A DNA stretch of 64,000 nucleotides, from assembly GCA_963744125.1 (NCBI GenBank), contig CAVUSG010000011.1:12182-76181 (forward strand), written 5' to 3'. Positions within the stretch are counted from its first letter, which is position 1, and each line of letters opens with the position of its first letter. Positions 19,697 through 31,226 of the stretch are shown here, piece after piece. The notes under the pieces are model-generated. The model saw only the letters and a program-made list of their open reading frames with translations, was not told where the DNA came from and did not search any database. The translations under genes and the position numbers were made by a program. Source of the stretch: an uncultured Acidobacteriaceae bacterium. Its GTDB lineage: Bacteria; Acidobacteriota; Terriglobia; Terriglobales; Acidobacteriaceae.

Positions 19697-22133
19697 TTAG
19701 TTGAGGTGGTTGCTGGGTTTGGTGGGTAGGGTGAAGTGGACGATGGTGCCCTTGCCGGGGGTGCTGGTGGCCCAGATGCGGCCTCCGTGCTGGGTGACGA
19801 TGCTGCGGCAGATGGCGAGGCCGAGGCCGGTGCCGCCCATGGCGCGGGAGTCGGAGGCGTCGCCTTGCTGGAAGCGGTCGAAGATGTTTTCGAGCTTGTC
19901 GGCGGGGATTCCGCGGCCCTGGTCTTCGACTTCGATGAGGGCTTCGTTGTTCGTCGAGGCTGTTGGCGGTGAGGTGGATCTCGCTGCCGGGGGGGGAGAA
20001 CTTGATGGCGTTCGAGATGAGGTTGTTGAGCGTCTGCAGGATGCGGTCGGGGTCGGCCCAGACGCTGACGCCGTTGGCGGCGTAGAAGATGCGGATGTTG
20101 GGGCGGGGGGTGCGGGTCTGCTGCAGGGTGACGGCGCGGCGGAGGAGGTCTTCGGCGCTGGACATGGTGAGTTGCAGCTCGGCCTTGCCGGAGCCGATGC
20201 GTTCGAGGTCGAGGATGTCGTTGACCAGGCGGACGAGGCGGTCGGTGTTGCTGATGGCGATCTCGAGCATCTGCTGCGACTTCTCGGGGCGGGTGGTGAG
20301 GGCTCCGCCGGCGAGCAGGCCGAGGGCTCCGCGGAGCGAGGTGAGCGGCGTGCGGAGCTCGTGGGAGACGGTGGAGATGAACTCGTCCTTCATGCGGTCG
20401 AGGGCGCGGCGCTCGGTGGTGTCGGTGAAGGCGACGACGACGCCGACTGCTTTGCCTGGCGCTGTTGCGGTCGTTGTGGATTCGACCTGGGGGCGGGCTA
20501 CGTATTCGACGGGGAAGCTGGTGCCGTCTTTGCGCCAGAAGACCTCGTTGGCGACGCGGACGGTGTCGCGATGGGAGAGGCTGTTGCGGATGGGGGAGTC
20601 GTCGGCTGGATAGGCGGAGCCGTCGGCGCGGGTGTGCTGGATGAGATCGTGGGCGTTGCGGCCGAGTATCTCTGCGGTCTTATAGCCGAGCATCTGAGCG
20701 GCTGCGGGATTGACGACGGTGATGCTGCCGTCGAGGTCGGTGCCGAAGATGCCGTCGCCGACGGACTCGAGGATGGAGTCGGACTGGCGGGTGAGGGTGC
20801 GGAGACGGCCTTCGACGCGGGTCTGCTCGGTGATGTCGACGCCGAAGCCGAGGACGTAGGGGTCGCGGTTGGGGACGTCGATGAGCTTGTTGCGATAGGC
20901 GATGACGCGGACTTCGCCGTCGGCGTGCGAGAGATGCAGGAGGCCCTGGGCTTCGCCGGTCTCGGCGATTTTGCGGAGGTAGATGGGGAGGGCGCGGCGG
21001 CGGTCCTCGGGGATGAACTCGGCGAGGGAGTGGCCGACCATGTCTTCGAGGGTGTGGCCGAGGCTCTCGGCTCCGTAGGCGTTGATGGAGAGCATGTTGC
21101 CCTTGAGGTCGTGGGTGCAGACCATGCCGAGTGAGCCTTCGACGAGCTGGCGGTAGCGGGCTTCGCTCTCGCGGAGGGTGGCTTCGGCGGCGCGCTGGAT
21201 GGTGACGTCGATGCCGGTGGCGATGATGAAGCCGACCTGACCCTGCTGATCGCGGAGGGCGGTGGCGGACCAGGCGATGCGGCGGAGGCTGCCGTTGCGG
21301 TTGAGCCAATGGTTCTCGAAGACGGCGGGAAAGGGGCCGGAGCGAAGCATGTCGAACTGCTCGATGGCCTGGGAGACTTCGTCGCGGGGGATGAGCTTGT
21401 CCCAGGCGTAGCGTCCGACGAGGGTGGGGAAGTCGTATCCGGAGGCGAGCTCGCAGGCGCGATTGAAGCGGACGATGCGGCCGGCGGTGTCGAAGACGAC
21501 GACGAGTGCGCCGACGGTATCGAGGACGGCGGAGACGAAGTTTCGCTCGACGGTGAGGGCGGATTCGACGCGCTGACGGGCGCGGGCGGCACGATCGATC
21601 TGGCGGATGCGGGTGTTCAGCTCAAGGCGGTTAATGACCTGACGGCTGAGGACGGCGAGCGCTTCGGCCTGGGCTGCGGTGAGAGCGCGGGGGGCGGGGT
21701 CCAGTACGAAGAGGGCGCCGATGCTGACTCCGTCGGGGGTGGTGAGGGGGGCGCCGGCGTAGAAACGGAAGGGGAGATCGCTGAGGATGATGCCTTCGGG
21801 GGCGAAGTCGGGGTCCTTGCGGGCGTCGCGGACCTCGTAGACGGTGTCGCCGAGGATGGTGGTCTCGCAGGGGGTGCTGCGGAGGGGGGCTTCGATGAGG
21901 TCGAAGCCGATGTGGGACTTGAGCCAGATGCGGTCGGCGCCGATGAGGGAGATGCCGGCGATGGGGGTGTTGCAGATCTGGGCGGCGAGGCGGGCGATGT
22001 CGTCGAGGACGGGATCGGGCGCAGAGTTGAGGACCTCGTAGTGGGCCAGGGCCTCGAGCCGCATTGCTTCGTCTTTTACTAGAAGTGCGTTCATTTGCTG
22101 GTTGAATGGTAGGGGAACGGGATGGTGCATCAC
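19697..22133 (-). CDS. GAF + 3xPAS sensor histidine kinase (frameshift near 19950)
   Basis: RLEALAHYEVL GAF, RFYAGAPL, three PAS/PAC repeats, VSHELRTPL, NLISNAIKFS; G boxes in the shifted frame. Confidence 0.9.
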
Positions 22134-22183
22134 ACTGCTACTTTTGGGGCAGCAGAGGACTCAAAGTTTGGTCATCAAGAGAC

Positions 22184-22777
22184 TTACGGCTTGGGGAGAG
22201 CACAGCATTCACCAGCAGCGGGGGGCTCATTTGCGCTGGCATCCATGGCAACTTTCCAGCTGCCGTCAGGGAGCTTTTTCCAGATGGTGAAGTAGCGTCC
22301 GGAGGTGATGACGGGCTGGCCATTCTTGTCTTTCGAGCGGCCCTCGTAGTGTCCCCAGGTGAATCCCATGTCGTTGGATGGGCCCATCTGGGCTCCCTGG
22401 GGGACCCAGGTGAGCTGGTAGACCTTGGGGTCCCAGTTAGCGTTGGCGACGATGGCGCCGTGGCCGAGGACGGGGGCGAGGCCGTTACTGAGAGTCATGC
22501 CGTCGTCGGCGAACCAGGAGGCGAAGGCCTTGCCTCCACCTGTGGCGACAGCCTGCGAGAACTTGCCTTCGAGCTCCAGGAGCAGGAGGACGCCGGGGCT
22601 TAGTGTGGGCTGGCTTAGCGGGCTGACCTGAGGCGGGGAGTGACCGAAAGGGTCTAACTGAGGTGGTGACTGCGCGTTGAGCGGGGACGCTGCGAGGGCG
22701 CAGAGCAGGGTAGCTGCGACTGCACTCCCTACCGGCGTGATTTTGCGCAAATTCTTCGAAAGAATAGGGTTAGGCAT
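22184..22777 (-). CDS. DUF4440/SnoaL-like (NTF2-fold) secreted protein
   Basis: FASWFADD...DMGFTWGHY...GRYFTIWKK.PDGSWKV.MD. Confidence 0.8.
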   Translation of the reverse strand: MPNPILSKNLRKITPVGSAVAATLLCALAASPLNAQSPPQLDPFGHSPPQVSPLSQPTLSPGVLLLLELEGKFSQAVATGGGKAFASWFADDGMTLSNGLAPVLGHGAIVANANWDPKVYQLTWVPQGAQMGPSNDMGFTWGHYEGRSKDKNGQPVITSGRYFTIWKKLPDGSWKVAMDASANEPPAAGECCALPKP

Positions 22778-22857
22778 GGACTTCGACTCCGGGATGCTGC
22801 TAAAGTGCTGCATTTAAAGGACTTAGTTTGCAAATTGTTGATTTTATTATGGTTAAG
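22725..22857. repeat. Dispersed repeat TTTTGCKCAAATTCTTCRAAA..., copy 2
   Basis: Core at 22741-22781 plus further AT-rich sub-repeats. Confidence 0.75.
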
Positions 22858-23130
22858 ACAGTGGTTCAAGAGCTGCTGGGCGTTTGAGGGGCCTCTTAGG
22901 GGCTCTTGTTTGTCAAGTTAATGATCTCTCGATTGGACGCGATCCGGTTGCTTTAAGTGGCGGCGCGTACAACACCCATATACAGCATAGATGCAGGAGG
23001 GTGTGGACTGCCATAGGGAATATCGGTGGGGGTTTTTAGTTGAGGCCGGGCAATAAGGATACGGACGTTGGTGGGAGAATTTCCGGGCTGAAGTGGGTGG
23101 TGAAAAAGTTGATTTGTGGCGCTTGAAGAG

Positions 23131-23203
23131 AAGGGCCGGGGCTCAAGCCCCTCTTTGAATTGGGCCTTGATTCAGGGGCCTGAAGGCCCCTGCTTCCTCC
23201 GGG
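23131..23203. repeat. REP doublet (GGGCTCAAGCCC and AGGGGCCTGAAGGCCCCT)
   Basis: Two palindromes in an intergenic region, similar to the palindrome at 6841-6858. Confidence 0.6.
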
Positions 23204-23369
23204 TCGCCCTTCGGGCGAGGAAGAGCAAAATCCACACCTCGGATGCCCCGGCACTGAGTTTTGCAGCGTCCTTTAAAGCCCTACGCTAATTCTGAAGAGG
23301 GTTCGTGACTTCTTTTGCTTCATGAGTTAGAGCGTCGATGCTAATCCCGAGGAGCGGCTTGATGCTGAT

Positions 23370-24819
23370 ATGCTGCGGGAAATGACAAAGACGAATTTGC
23401 AGCATGGTTTGGTGTGGCCGGCCGTGGGGTTGTTGACGGTTGGGGTTTGGGTTGGGGCGACGCAGCATGGGGCGGGGGCGGCGTTGGTGGCGGAGGTTTT
23501 GCGGTGGGTTGGGGTGTTGCTGCTGGTGGGGTTTGCGATGCTGCGGCGGTCGCTTACGGTTTGGATCGTGGTGGCGATGGTGGTAGGGGTGGAGGTGGGG
23601 CTCGATTCTCCGAAGGTTGGGCTGAGTCTGCGGTTTCTTTCGGATATTTTTCTGCGGTTGATTAAGGCGATTGTGGGGCCGCTGATTTTAGGCACGCTGA
23701 TTTCAGGGATTGCGGGACATGGGGATCTGAAGAGCGTGGGGCGGATGGCTTGGAAGAGCCTGGTCTATTTTGAGGTGGTGACTACGCTGGCGCTGGTGAT
23801 TGGGCTGGTGGCGATTAATTTGACGTAAGGCTGGGGAGGGGATGAGTTCTGGTGGCTCGGGAGGAGTTCAGACCCAGGTCTCAACGTCGGGACCTGGGGC
23901 ACCCGGTTCTGTCGCGGCACCGGCTGCGGCTCCGATGATTCAGTGGCAGGATTTTGTGGTCCATATCTTCCCGGAGAATATTGCGAAGAGTCTGGTTGAG
24001 GGGCAGATTTTGCAGGTGTCGGTGTTTGCGGTGTTCTTTGGGATTGCGCTGGCGATGCTGGGGAGGCGGGGTGAGCCGATACTGCGGCTGGCGGAGGGTA
24101 TAAGCGAGGTGATGTTCAAGTTTACGAACATCGTGATGTACTTTGCGCCGGTGGCGGTGGGGGCGGCGCTGGCTTATACGGTGGCGCAGAGTGGTGTGGG
24201 TGTGCTGGTGAATTTGGGCAAGCTGGTGGCGACTTTTTATGGCGCGCTGGCGGTGCTGGCGTTTGGGGTGCTGGTGCCGATCCTAATGATTTGCCGGGTT
24301 TCGGTGATGGGGTTTGCGAAGGCGGTAGCGGAGGCGGCTTCGATTGCTTTTGCGACGAGTGCGAGCGAGGCGGCGCTGCCGCGGGCGATGGAGTCGATGG
24401 AGGCGTTTGGCGTGCCGCGCAAGGTGGTGGCGTTCGTGATTCCAGCGGGGTACAGCTTTAACATGACGGGGTCGTCGGTGTACCTGACGCTGGCGGCGAT
24501 TTTTGTAGCGCAGGCTGCGGGGATGCACCTGGGGATGGGAGAGCAGATCTCGATTGTGCTGATTCTGATGCTGGCGAGCAAAGGCGTGAGCGGGGTTCCG
24601 CGGGCTACGCTGATGGTGCTGATGGCTACGGCTACTTCTTTGCATCTGCCGGCTGAACCGATCTTTGTGATTTTGGGAATCGATGCGGTGATGGATATGG
24701 GACGGACTACAGCGAATGTGGTGGGGAACTGTCTGGCGAGTGTGGTGGTGGCTAAGTGGGAGGGTGTGTTTGAGACGGAGGCGGTTGATCCTGTGGTGGC
24801 CGAGGGGGTGGCGGATTAG
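23370..24819 (+). CDS. Dicarboxylate/amino acid:cation symporter (DctA/GltP family), 1-nt insertion at about 23826
   Basis: FLRLIKAIVGPL, YFEVVTTLALVIGL, ATSASEAALP, GYSFNMTGSS, SKGVSGVPRA, MDMGRT. Confidence 0.9.
23872..23906 (+). repeat. REP-like hairpin with TGGGGCACCCGG tail inside the symporter CDS
   Basis: cccaggtc(23873-80)/gacctggg(23891-98) stem followed by gcacccgg; same tail as the 7243-7733 array. Confidence 0.8.
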
Positions 24820-24886
24820 TCGGCTTGGCTATTGAGCTGCTAGTGACAGTTTCTACAAATATGACATAATTGTTCAAGGTGACTTT

Positions 24887-25147
24887 ATGCAAACTGCAAG
24901 GGTCAAGATGAATGAGAACGGTCGAGTGGTGATACCGGTTGAGTTTCGCAAGGAACTGGGAATGAAGCCTGGTGACCAACTTGTGCTGGAGTTGAAGGGC
25001 CGCGAGTTGCGTCTGATGACGTTTCGGGAACGAATAGCGCGCGTTCAGGCTTTAGTCGCGGAGCATATTCCTGCAGGGCGCTCCCTCTCTAAAGAATTGA
25101 TTGCAGAACGACGTGAAGAGGCCAGGCGGGAACAGGAGAAGGGATGA
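24887..25147 (+). CDS. vapB: AbrB/MazE/SpoVT-family antitoxin
   Basis: NGRVVIPVEFRKELGMKPGDQL; ATGA overlap with the PIN gene. Confidence 0.88.
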   Translation: MQTARVKMNENGRVVIPVEFRKELGMKPGDQLVLELKGRELRLMTFRERIARVQALVAEHIPAGRSLSKELIAERREEARREQEKG

Positions 25148-25524
25148 GCAGAGTTGCCGACTCGTCTTTGGTACTGGCGGTCATTTATCGCGAAAAGGGA
25201 TGGGAGAAGTGGCTGGAGCTGCTCGAAGATGCGCATCTGAGTACAGTGAACCAGGCTGAGGTGCAAAGTAAGCTGGTTATTGCGGGAATGTCCGGAGAGC
25301 TTGCCTGGGAGGCAGCGACCGATTCTGTGTCTCAGGTGATGCTTTTCGATGAAGAGCAGGCGCGACTTACGGGAGACTTGATTGTGAGGACGCGAGAGTT
25401 TGGCCTGTCGCTTGGCGACCGGGCCTGTCTCGCTTTAGGGATGGTTCTGGGAATGCCAGTCTACACAGCCGATCGAAGCTGGGAACGTCTAAAAGTGGGC
25501 GTGAAGATTCACGTCATTCGCTAA
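25144..25524 (+). CDS. vapC: PIN-domain toxin
   Basis: DSS..LA, VNQAE, LSLGDRACLALG, TADR; acidic residues retained. Confidence 0.9.
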   Translation: MSRVADSSLVLAVIYREKGWEKWLELLEDAHLSTVNQAEVQSKLVIAGMSGELAWEAATDSVSQVMLFDEEQARLTGDLIVRTREFGLSLGDRACLALGMVLGMPVYTADRSWERLKVGVKIHVIR

Positions 25525-25663
25525 AGTGTCTCGGATGAGAGGATGGAATCCGTGATGCCTGCCGAAACAAATTCACGTCCAATAGGTTGATATACTTAAG
25601 GGCTGTGGCTTCTGTGCGGATGATGTGAATTCTGTGCAGCGCGAGAGCCGGACAGGTAGAGCG

Positions 25664-27563
25664 ATGGAACAGTATTTAAGCAAGATCAAGTCTCCGGCGG
25701 ATGTGAAGAAGCTTTCACTGAAGGAGCTGGAGGCGCTGGCGGAGGAGATTCGCGAGCGATTGATTGTTGGGGTGGCGAAGACGGGTGGGCACATCGGGCC
25801 GAACCTGGGTGTGGTGGAACTGACGCTGGCGATGCATTATGTTTTCGATACTCCAGCGGACAGCTTTGTGTTCGATGTGAGCCATCAGGCTTATGTGCAT
25901 AAGCTGCTGACGGGGCGGGAGAAGGGGTTCCACACGATTCGGCAGCCGGGTGGGCTGAACGGGTTCATGCTCCGCACGGAGAGCGAGCATGACAGCTATG
26001 GCGCGGGGCATGCCGGTACGGCGTTGAGCGCGGCGCTCGGGATGGCGGTGGCTCGTGACATGTCCGGCGGGAAAGAGCACATCGTAGCGCTGGCTGGGGA
26101 TGCTGCGTTTACGAATGGGATCTCGTTTGAGGCTCTGAATAATATTGCGGCGCAGACGAAACGGCTGATCGTGGTGTTGAACGATAATGCGTGGTCGATC
26201 GATAAGAATGTTGGAGCGATTGCGGAGTACTTCCACAAGATTGTGACGAATCCTACGGTGTCGAGCTTGCACAATCGAGCGGCGGGGCTGGTGGAGAGGT
26301 TTGGCGGCAAGACGATTGCACATGTGGCACGCAAGGCGGAAGAGGCGGCGAAGGGGTTGATTGGGCCGGGCATACTGTTCGAGGAGTTCGGGCTGAATTA
26401 CTACGGACCGCTGGATGGGCACAATCTGCCGCTGCTGATCGATACGTTTAAATTTTTGAAGTCGCAGAACAGGCCGGTGGTGCTGCACGCGATTACGCAG
26501 AAGGGACGCGGGTTCCAGCCGGCGATGGAGAAGGTTAAGAAGTTCCATGGGCTGGGGCCGTATGACGCGGAGACGGGCGAGACGAAGCCGACGGGGCAGA
26601 AGACTTACTCGGAGATATTTGCGGAGTCGCTGACGAAGCTGGCTACGGCGAATGAGAAGGTGGTTGCGATTACGGCTGCTATGCCGAATGGGACGGCGCT
26701 GGATCTATTTCGGCCGCATCATCCGAAGCGGTACTTCGATGTGGGGATTGCCGAGGAGCATGCGGTGATCTTTGCTGCGGGGATGGCGACGAAGGGGTAC
26801 AAGCCTTTTTGCGCGATCTACTCGACGTTTCTGCAGCGGGCTTTCGATCAGGTGGTGCATGATGTTTGTCTGCAGAATCTGCCGGTGGTGTTCTGCATGG
26901 ACCGCGGCGGGTTGAGCGGAGATGATGGGCCGACACATCATGGGCTGTTCGATATCAGCTATCTGCGGAGCGTTCCGAATATTGTGCACATGGTTCCGAA
27001 GGACGAGGACGAACTGGCGGACATGATGTATACGGCGATGCTGCATGATGGGCCGAGTGCGATTCGGTATCCGCGCGGGACTGGGCCGGGGACTGCGGTG
27101 AAGGAGCAGCCGGTGGCGATCGAGATTGGCAAGGCTGAGGTGGTGTTTGAGCCCAGGGGTGGCGCGGATGTTGCGATCTTTGGACTAGGGCGCGATGTTG
27201 CCAGAGGCGCTGCGGCTGGCGGAGTTGCTGAAGGCAGCGGGATTTGCTGCGGCGGTGATCAATCCGCGGTTTGCGAAGCCGATTGACCGGGAGTGCGTGG
27301 AGGATTATGCGCATCGTTGCGGGTTGGTGATTACGCTGGAGGACCATGTGCTGGCGGGCGGGTTTGGATCGGCGGTGCTGGAGACGATAAATGAACTGGA
27401 GCTGCGGGTTCCGGTGGTTCGCGTGGGATGGCCGGATGCTTTTATCGAGCATGGCAAGGTGGAGGCTCTGCGCGAGAAGTATGGGTTGACGGCGGAGGCT
27501 GCGCTGGAGAAGGCGAAGCATTACCTGGTGTCGATGGAGAGTAAGCGGCTGGTGGCTCGGTAG
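25664..27563 (+). CDS. dxs: 1-deoxy-D-xylulose-5-phosphate synthase, frameshift near 27190
   Basis: GGHIGPNLGVVELT, FDVSHQAYVHK, DVGIAEEHAV, YSTFLQRAFDQ, DGPTHHG. Confidence 0.95.
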
Positions 27564-27579
27564 GTTTTATTGAGTGAGA

Positions 27580-27610
27580 CGATGGGCTGCTGGCGCAGCC
27601 CATCTTTTTG
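27580..27610 (+). terminator. Intrinsic terminator after dxs
   Basis: gatgggctgc/gcagcccatc stem followed by TTTTT. Confidence 0.8.
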
Positions 27611-27619
27611 TTTGGGTGA

Positions 27620-28402
27620 TTATTGTTTGGCGTAGAAGCCGGTGGCTTTTTCAGACTGCTTGCCGGGGCTCCAGGAGACGTCGGTGAAGGATTTGCCGTC
27701 GGCGGCGAGGGTCTGGATGCCGATGGCTACGGGCTTGCCGTTTTCCTTGACGGTGTAGGAGATTTTGCGCGGGGTTGTCATCTTGACGGAGAGAGTGGTG
27801 CCGGGGGCTACGGTGGGGCCGGTGATGGGGAGATCAGAGCCGTCGGTTTTTCCTTCGACGGATTCCTTATAGCTGGGGATGTCCCAGTGTAGGGCGCCGT
27901 TGGGCTTTGCGGAGATGACGAAGGCGTCGGGTGCGGAGACGGTGACTTTGGTGGAGCGCCATTTTCCTGGGAGGCCGGTGGTTCCGGTGACTCGGGTGTA
28001 GGTGGCGCTGTCGTTGAATTTGGAGCCGTCGGGTTTGGTGCCGGTGTAGGTGATGCTGAGGGTCTTGCCGTCGGGGGAAAGGGTGTAGTGATCGGTGGAG
28101 AGGACGGTGCCGTTGAGCTTGGTGATGGAGGTCCATTCGGTGGCGCTGATGCCGGTCCAGGTGGTGGTGCGGCCTTCGGCGGTCTTGTACTCCTTGCCGT
28201 CGATGCCGAAGTCCCAGGCGAAGGCGCTGCCGTCGGAGTAGTGCATCATGCCTTTGGGAGTTTTGGAGTAGGTGAAGGTGTCGCCGGTGAACTGGCTTTT
28301 GGATGGGTCGAGTTTCCAGGTTCCGACCCAGGGGTTGTCGGCGGCGAATACAGGCGCGGAGGTGAGGGCGAGCAGGGCGAGTGTGGCGAGTATTTTTTTC
28401 AT
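27620..28402 (-). CDS. Secreted protein with two lipocalin-like beta repeats
   Basis: Signal peptide; WVGTWKLDPSKS...LSPDGKTL and GKWR...LAADGKSF repeats. Confidence 0.7.
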   Translation of the reverse strand: MKKILATLALLALTSAPVFAADNPWVGTWKLDPSKSQFTGDTFTYSKTPKGMMHYSDGSAFAWDFGIDGKEYKTAEGRTTTWTGISATEWTSITKLNGTVLSTDHYTLSPDGKTLSITYTGTKPDGSKFNDSATYTRVTGTTGLPGKWRSTKVTVSAPDAFVISAKPNGALHWDIPSYKESVEGKTDGSDLPITGPTVAPGTTLSVKMTTPRKISYTVKENGKPVAIGIQTLAADGKSFTDVSWSPGKQSEKATGFYAKQ

Positions 28403-28529
28403 GGGCGTCCTAGCTTTTGGGATTGGGGCCGGGATGAGTCTGATGGTTTGAACGAAGTGGATTAGAGCATGCGGGGTTAATGCGGTCAACGCAAATCGTA
28501 TGAGGATTGGCGAAGAGCTGTTAAATACC

Positions 28530-28556
28530 GAATCGAGCGTATCAAACGCTCGATTC
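28530..28556. terminator. Hairpin downstream of the PEP-CTERM gene
   Basis: gaatcgagcgt/acgctcgattc 11-bp stem; weak U tract. Confidence 0.45.
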
Positions 28557-28598
28557 AGTGATGCACTTCAGCCAGTGAAGCTGCGGAAGCGATGCAGG

Positions 28599-29381
28599 TT
28601 AGATGGATAAGCGGCGACGGAGTGCGGCGGCGAGACCGAGGCCGCCGGTGATCAGCAGAGCGATGGAGTCGGGTTCGGGTACGGCGGAGGTGGTGCTCGC
28701 GAAACTCTGATAGCTGACGTCATCGATTCCGATGTAATCAGCGCCTTGAGCCGCGTTACCGGCATTGAGAGTAATACTGCTGATGGATTTTCCTGCATCG
28801 GTGAAGCCGACGAAGTCCACGGCTCCGACTGAGCCGCTGGTTCCTGTTTCAGGAACGCTGATCAATTCGGATGTTCCGTCAGAGAAGGTGATGTCTTCAC
28901 TGGGAAAGAAGGTCTGGACGCCGGTTAAGTAGGCTCCGAAGAACTGAGTAGGTGTAGCAAAGGTGAAGGTGACCGTGCCGGCCTGCACCTCTAAAAAGTA
29001 CGCGCCGCCCGGGGTGGTATTGAATCCATCGAGGGTGGGGAAGGACGGTGAATTGGACGTGTCGCGGATTGTTTGATTGTTGCCGTTGATATCGGTACCG
29101 GTGATGGTGACTCCCGGAGCAGCCATCAGGGATGAAAAGGAGCCTAGCGGAGCGCCCTCAAAGGTGATGGTGGAGACGGTTCCGATGAGTCCGGCTGCGG
29201 TGGCGAAGCTTGCGGCTGCTGCAGCTGAGAGGGGGTGTGGACTGGTGGTGGTTGACACGATGTCTTCGCCAGTGAAGGTGACAGGGTTCGCGAGTGCGGA
29301 GATGGCCGAGCATGTGAGGACGCCAAGGAGGGCAGCTACATGACGAGCCCCCTTCCGAAACGACAGAGAGTTCAAGTGCAT
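28599..29381 (-). CDS. PEP-CTERM sorting-domain surface protein
   Basis: Signal peptide, Ser/Thr-rich body, VPEPDSIALLITGGLGLAAALRRR tail; GGAGG RBS. Confidence 0.88.
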   Translation of the reverse strand: MHLNSLSFRKGARHVAALLGVLTCSAISALANPVTFTGEDIVSTTTSPHPLSAAAAASFATAAGLIGTVSTITFEGAPLGSFSSLMAAPGVTITGTDINGNNQTIRDTSNSPSFPTLDGFNTTPGGAYFLEVQAGTVTFTFATPTQFFGAYLTGVQTFFPSEDITFSDGTSELISVPETGTSGSVGAVDFVGFTDAGKSISSITLNAGNAAQGADYIGIDDVSYQSFASTTSAVPEPDSIALLITGGLGLAAALRRRLSI

Positions 29382-29560
29382 AGTTCCTCCAAGAGATATT
29401 TTTCGTTCTTGGGCCCGGTTGGTTAGGTCTAAGCAATCTGGAGGCCAAATCAAATAGGGAGTAGGGTGATGGCGTGAAACAGCCCTGGGCCTTTGGAAGG
29501 GGAAAGACGCGCAATTTATTGCGGAAAGTATGGCAAGAGAGTTCCGTGGTCAAAGACGAA

Positions 29561-29586
29561 AAAGCGTCTCCGAAGAGACGCCTTTT
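29561..29586 (-). terminator. Intrinsic terminator after the fasciclin gene
   Basis: gcgtct/agacgc stem flanked by A and T tracts. Confidence 0.65.
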
Positions 29587-29605
29587 CTGGGAGAAGGAAG
29601 TGGAA

Positions 29606-30160
29606 CTAACTGGGCATGAGGACGGTGTCGATTACGTAGATGACGCCGTTTGACTGGAATACGTCGGCGGTGGTGACTGTGGCCATGCCGCCCTTGGCGT
29701 CGGTGAGCATGATCTTGCCGCCCATCATGGAGACGGTGAGGTCTTCACCTTGTACGGTTTTGAGGGTCGCCTTGCCGTTTCCTTTTTTGATCATGGCTTC
29801 CAACTGTTTGGAACTGATGCGGCCGGCTACGACGTGGTAGGTGAGGACCTTGTCGAGGGTATCCTTGTTTTCCGGCTTGAGGAGGGTTGGGACGGTGTCG
29901 GAGGGGAGTTTGGCGAAGGCGTCATTCGTGGGAGCGAAGACGGTAAAGGGGCCGGCGCTGCTGAGTGTGTCGACGAGGCCGCCGGCTTTGACGGCTGCGA
30001 CGAGGGTGGTGTGGATGGGCGAGTTCGCTGCGTTCTGCACGATGGTCTTGGTGGGATACATCTCGGCGCCGCCGACCATGGGGTCCTTCTGGGCTGAGGC
30101 GCTGATGGATGTGATGGCAAGAGCTGCTACTGCCATCGCTGCTAGGAATGTCTTTTTCAT
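29606..30160 (-). CDS. Fasciclin (FAS1) domain protein
   Basis: TLVAAVKA.GLVDTL, GPFTVFAPTNDAF, LTYHVV, SNGVIYVIDTVLMP. Confidence 0.95.
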   Translation of the reverse strand: MKKTFLAAMAVAALAITSISASAQKDPMVGGAEMYPTKTIVQNAANSPIHTTLVAAVKAGGLVDTLSSAGPFTVFAPTNDAFAKLPSDTVPTLLKPENKDTLDKVLTYHVVAGRISSKQLEAMIKKGNGKATLKTVQGEDLTVSMMGGKIMLTDAKGGMATVTTADVFQSNGVIYVIDTVLMPS

Positions 30161-30260
30161 TGTGGGTATCCTTTATCGATTTGAAGTTGTATTGACGCGA
30201 TGCTTCTTTGGGCCGAATCTCTAAGAGCTTGTCCCTTGCATCAGGGCACTCATATGCATC

Positions 30261-30286
30261 TACGTGGTGGTGCGAGGAGTGGATTG
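30261..30286 (-). promoter_or_regulatory. Candidate SigK-like ECF promoter CAATCC-N16-CGTA for the fasciclin gene
   Basis: Motif on the minus strand about 100 bp upstream of the ATG. Confidence 0.4.
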
Positions 30287-30451
30287 GTCTGAATGAGTAG
30301 ATGGGCTAGAAAAATTGCGAAGGGCAGGCGCACAGTGATGTGTAGCGTGCATCCGATAGGCGGAGGTTGTTCCTCTGGTGCAGGCAAGGTGTGCAACCGT
30401 TGAGGCGTTGACAATTCGCGCGGCTCACCGTCAACTGAAAGTCATAGACTC

Positions 30452-30988
30452 ATGGATAGAGAACAGACAGACGCAGAGGTGCCCGAGCAGGCGATTGATC
30501 CGCATCCGGAGCACCCGGCGAGACGGCACGATCGCTGGTTGCTGTTGATCGGTGGGTTCAAGCTGGTGGAGGCGGTCTTCTTTTTGCTGATCGGGGTGGG
30601 AGCGATCCACTTTCTGCATCGAGACCTGCGCGACGCGGTGCTGCAACTGGCTACGAAACTACGCCGAGATCCTGAGGGCCGACTGGTGGGGTTCGTGCTG
30701 AACCACATCGATGCGATCACGGCGCACCGGTTGCGGCAGATGGGGCGGCTACATTTTTTTATGCGGCGCTGCGTGTGGCAGAGGGGTGGGGGCTGGTGCT
30801 CGAGAAGGTGTGGGCGGAGTATCTGACGGTGGGGGTGACGGTCTCGTTTTTGCCATTGGAGATGTATCGAGATTGTGCGGAAGCCGGATTGGTTCCGGGT
30901 GGGGATAATGGTGATCAATCTACTGGTGCTGGCGTACCTGTTATGGCTGTTGCAACGGAAGAAAGAGAAGCTGGAGTCGGCAGGGTAA
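30452..30988 (+). CDS. DUF2127 family membrane protein (frameshifted)
   Basis: LLLIGGFKLVEA...; EGWGL..EKVWAEYLTV..T.SFLPLE.Y in the next frame. Confidence 0.75.
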
Positions 30989-31226
30989 GAGCCCGAGGTG
31001 GGTGCCGTAGCGGAAGCAGGAGCGATTTTCGCTTTTATTTCGCTTACCAAATAGCTCGATCGATTCGCAAGTAGCAGGGATGGGGCGAACCAAACAGTTA
31101 AACACTGTATGTAGTGGTGGGGTGGGACGTGAGCACAAGTAGCTGAGTTTTCCACATTCCAATATGGGAAATGCAGAAATTTGCGGAATTTAGCTCTTTA
31201 CAGGGCGGGATGAACGGGGCAGGATG

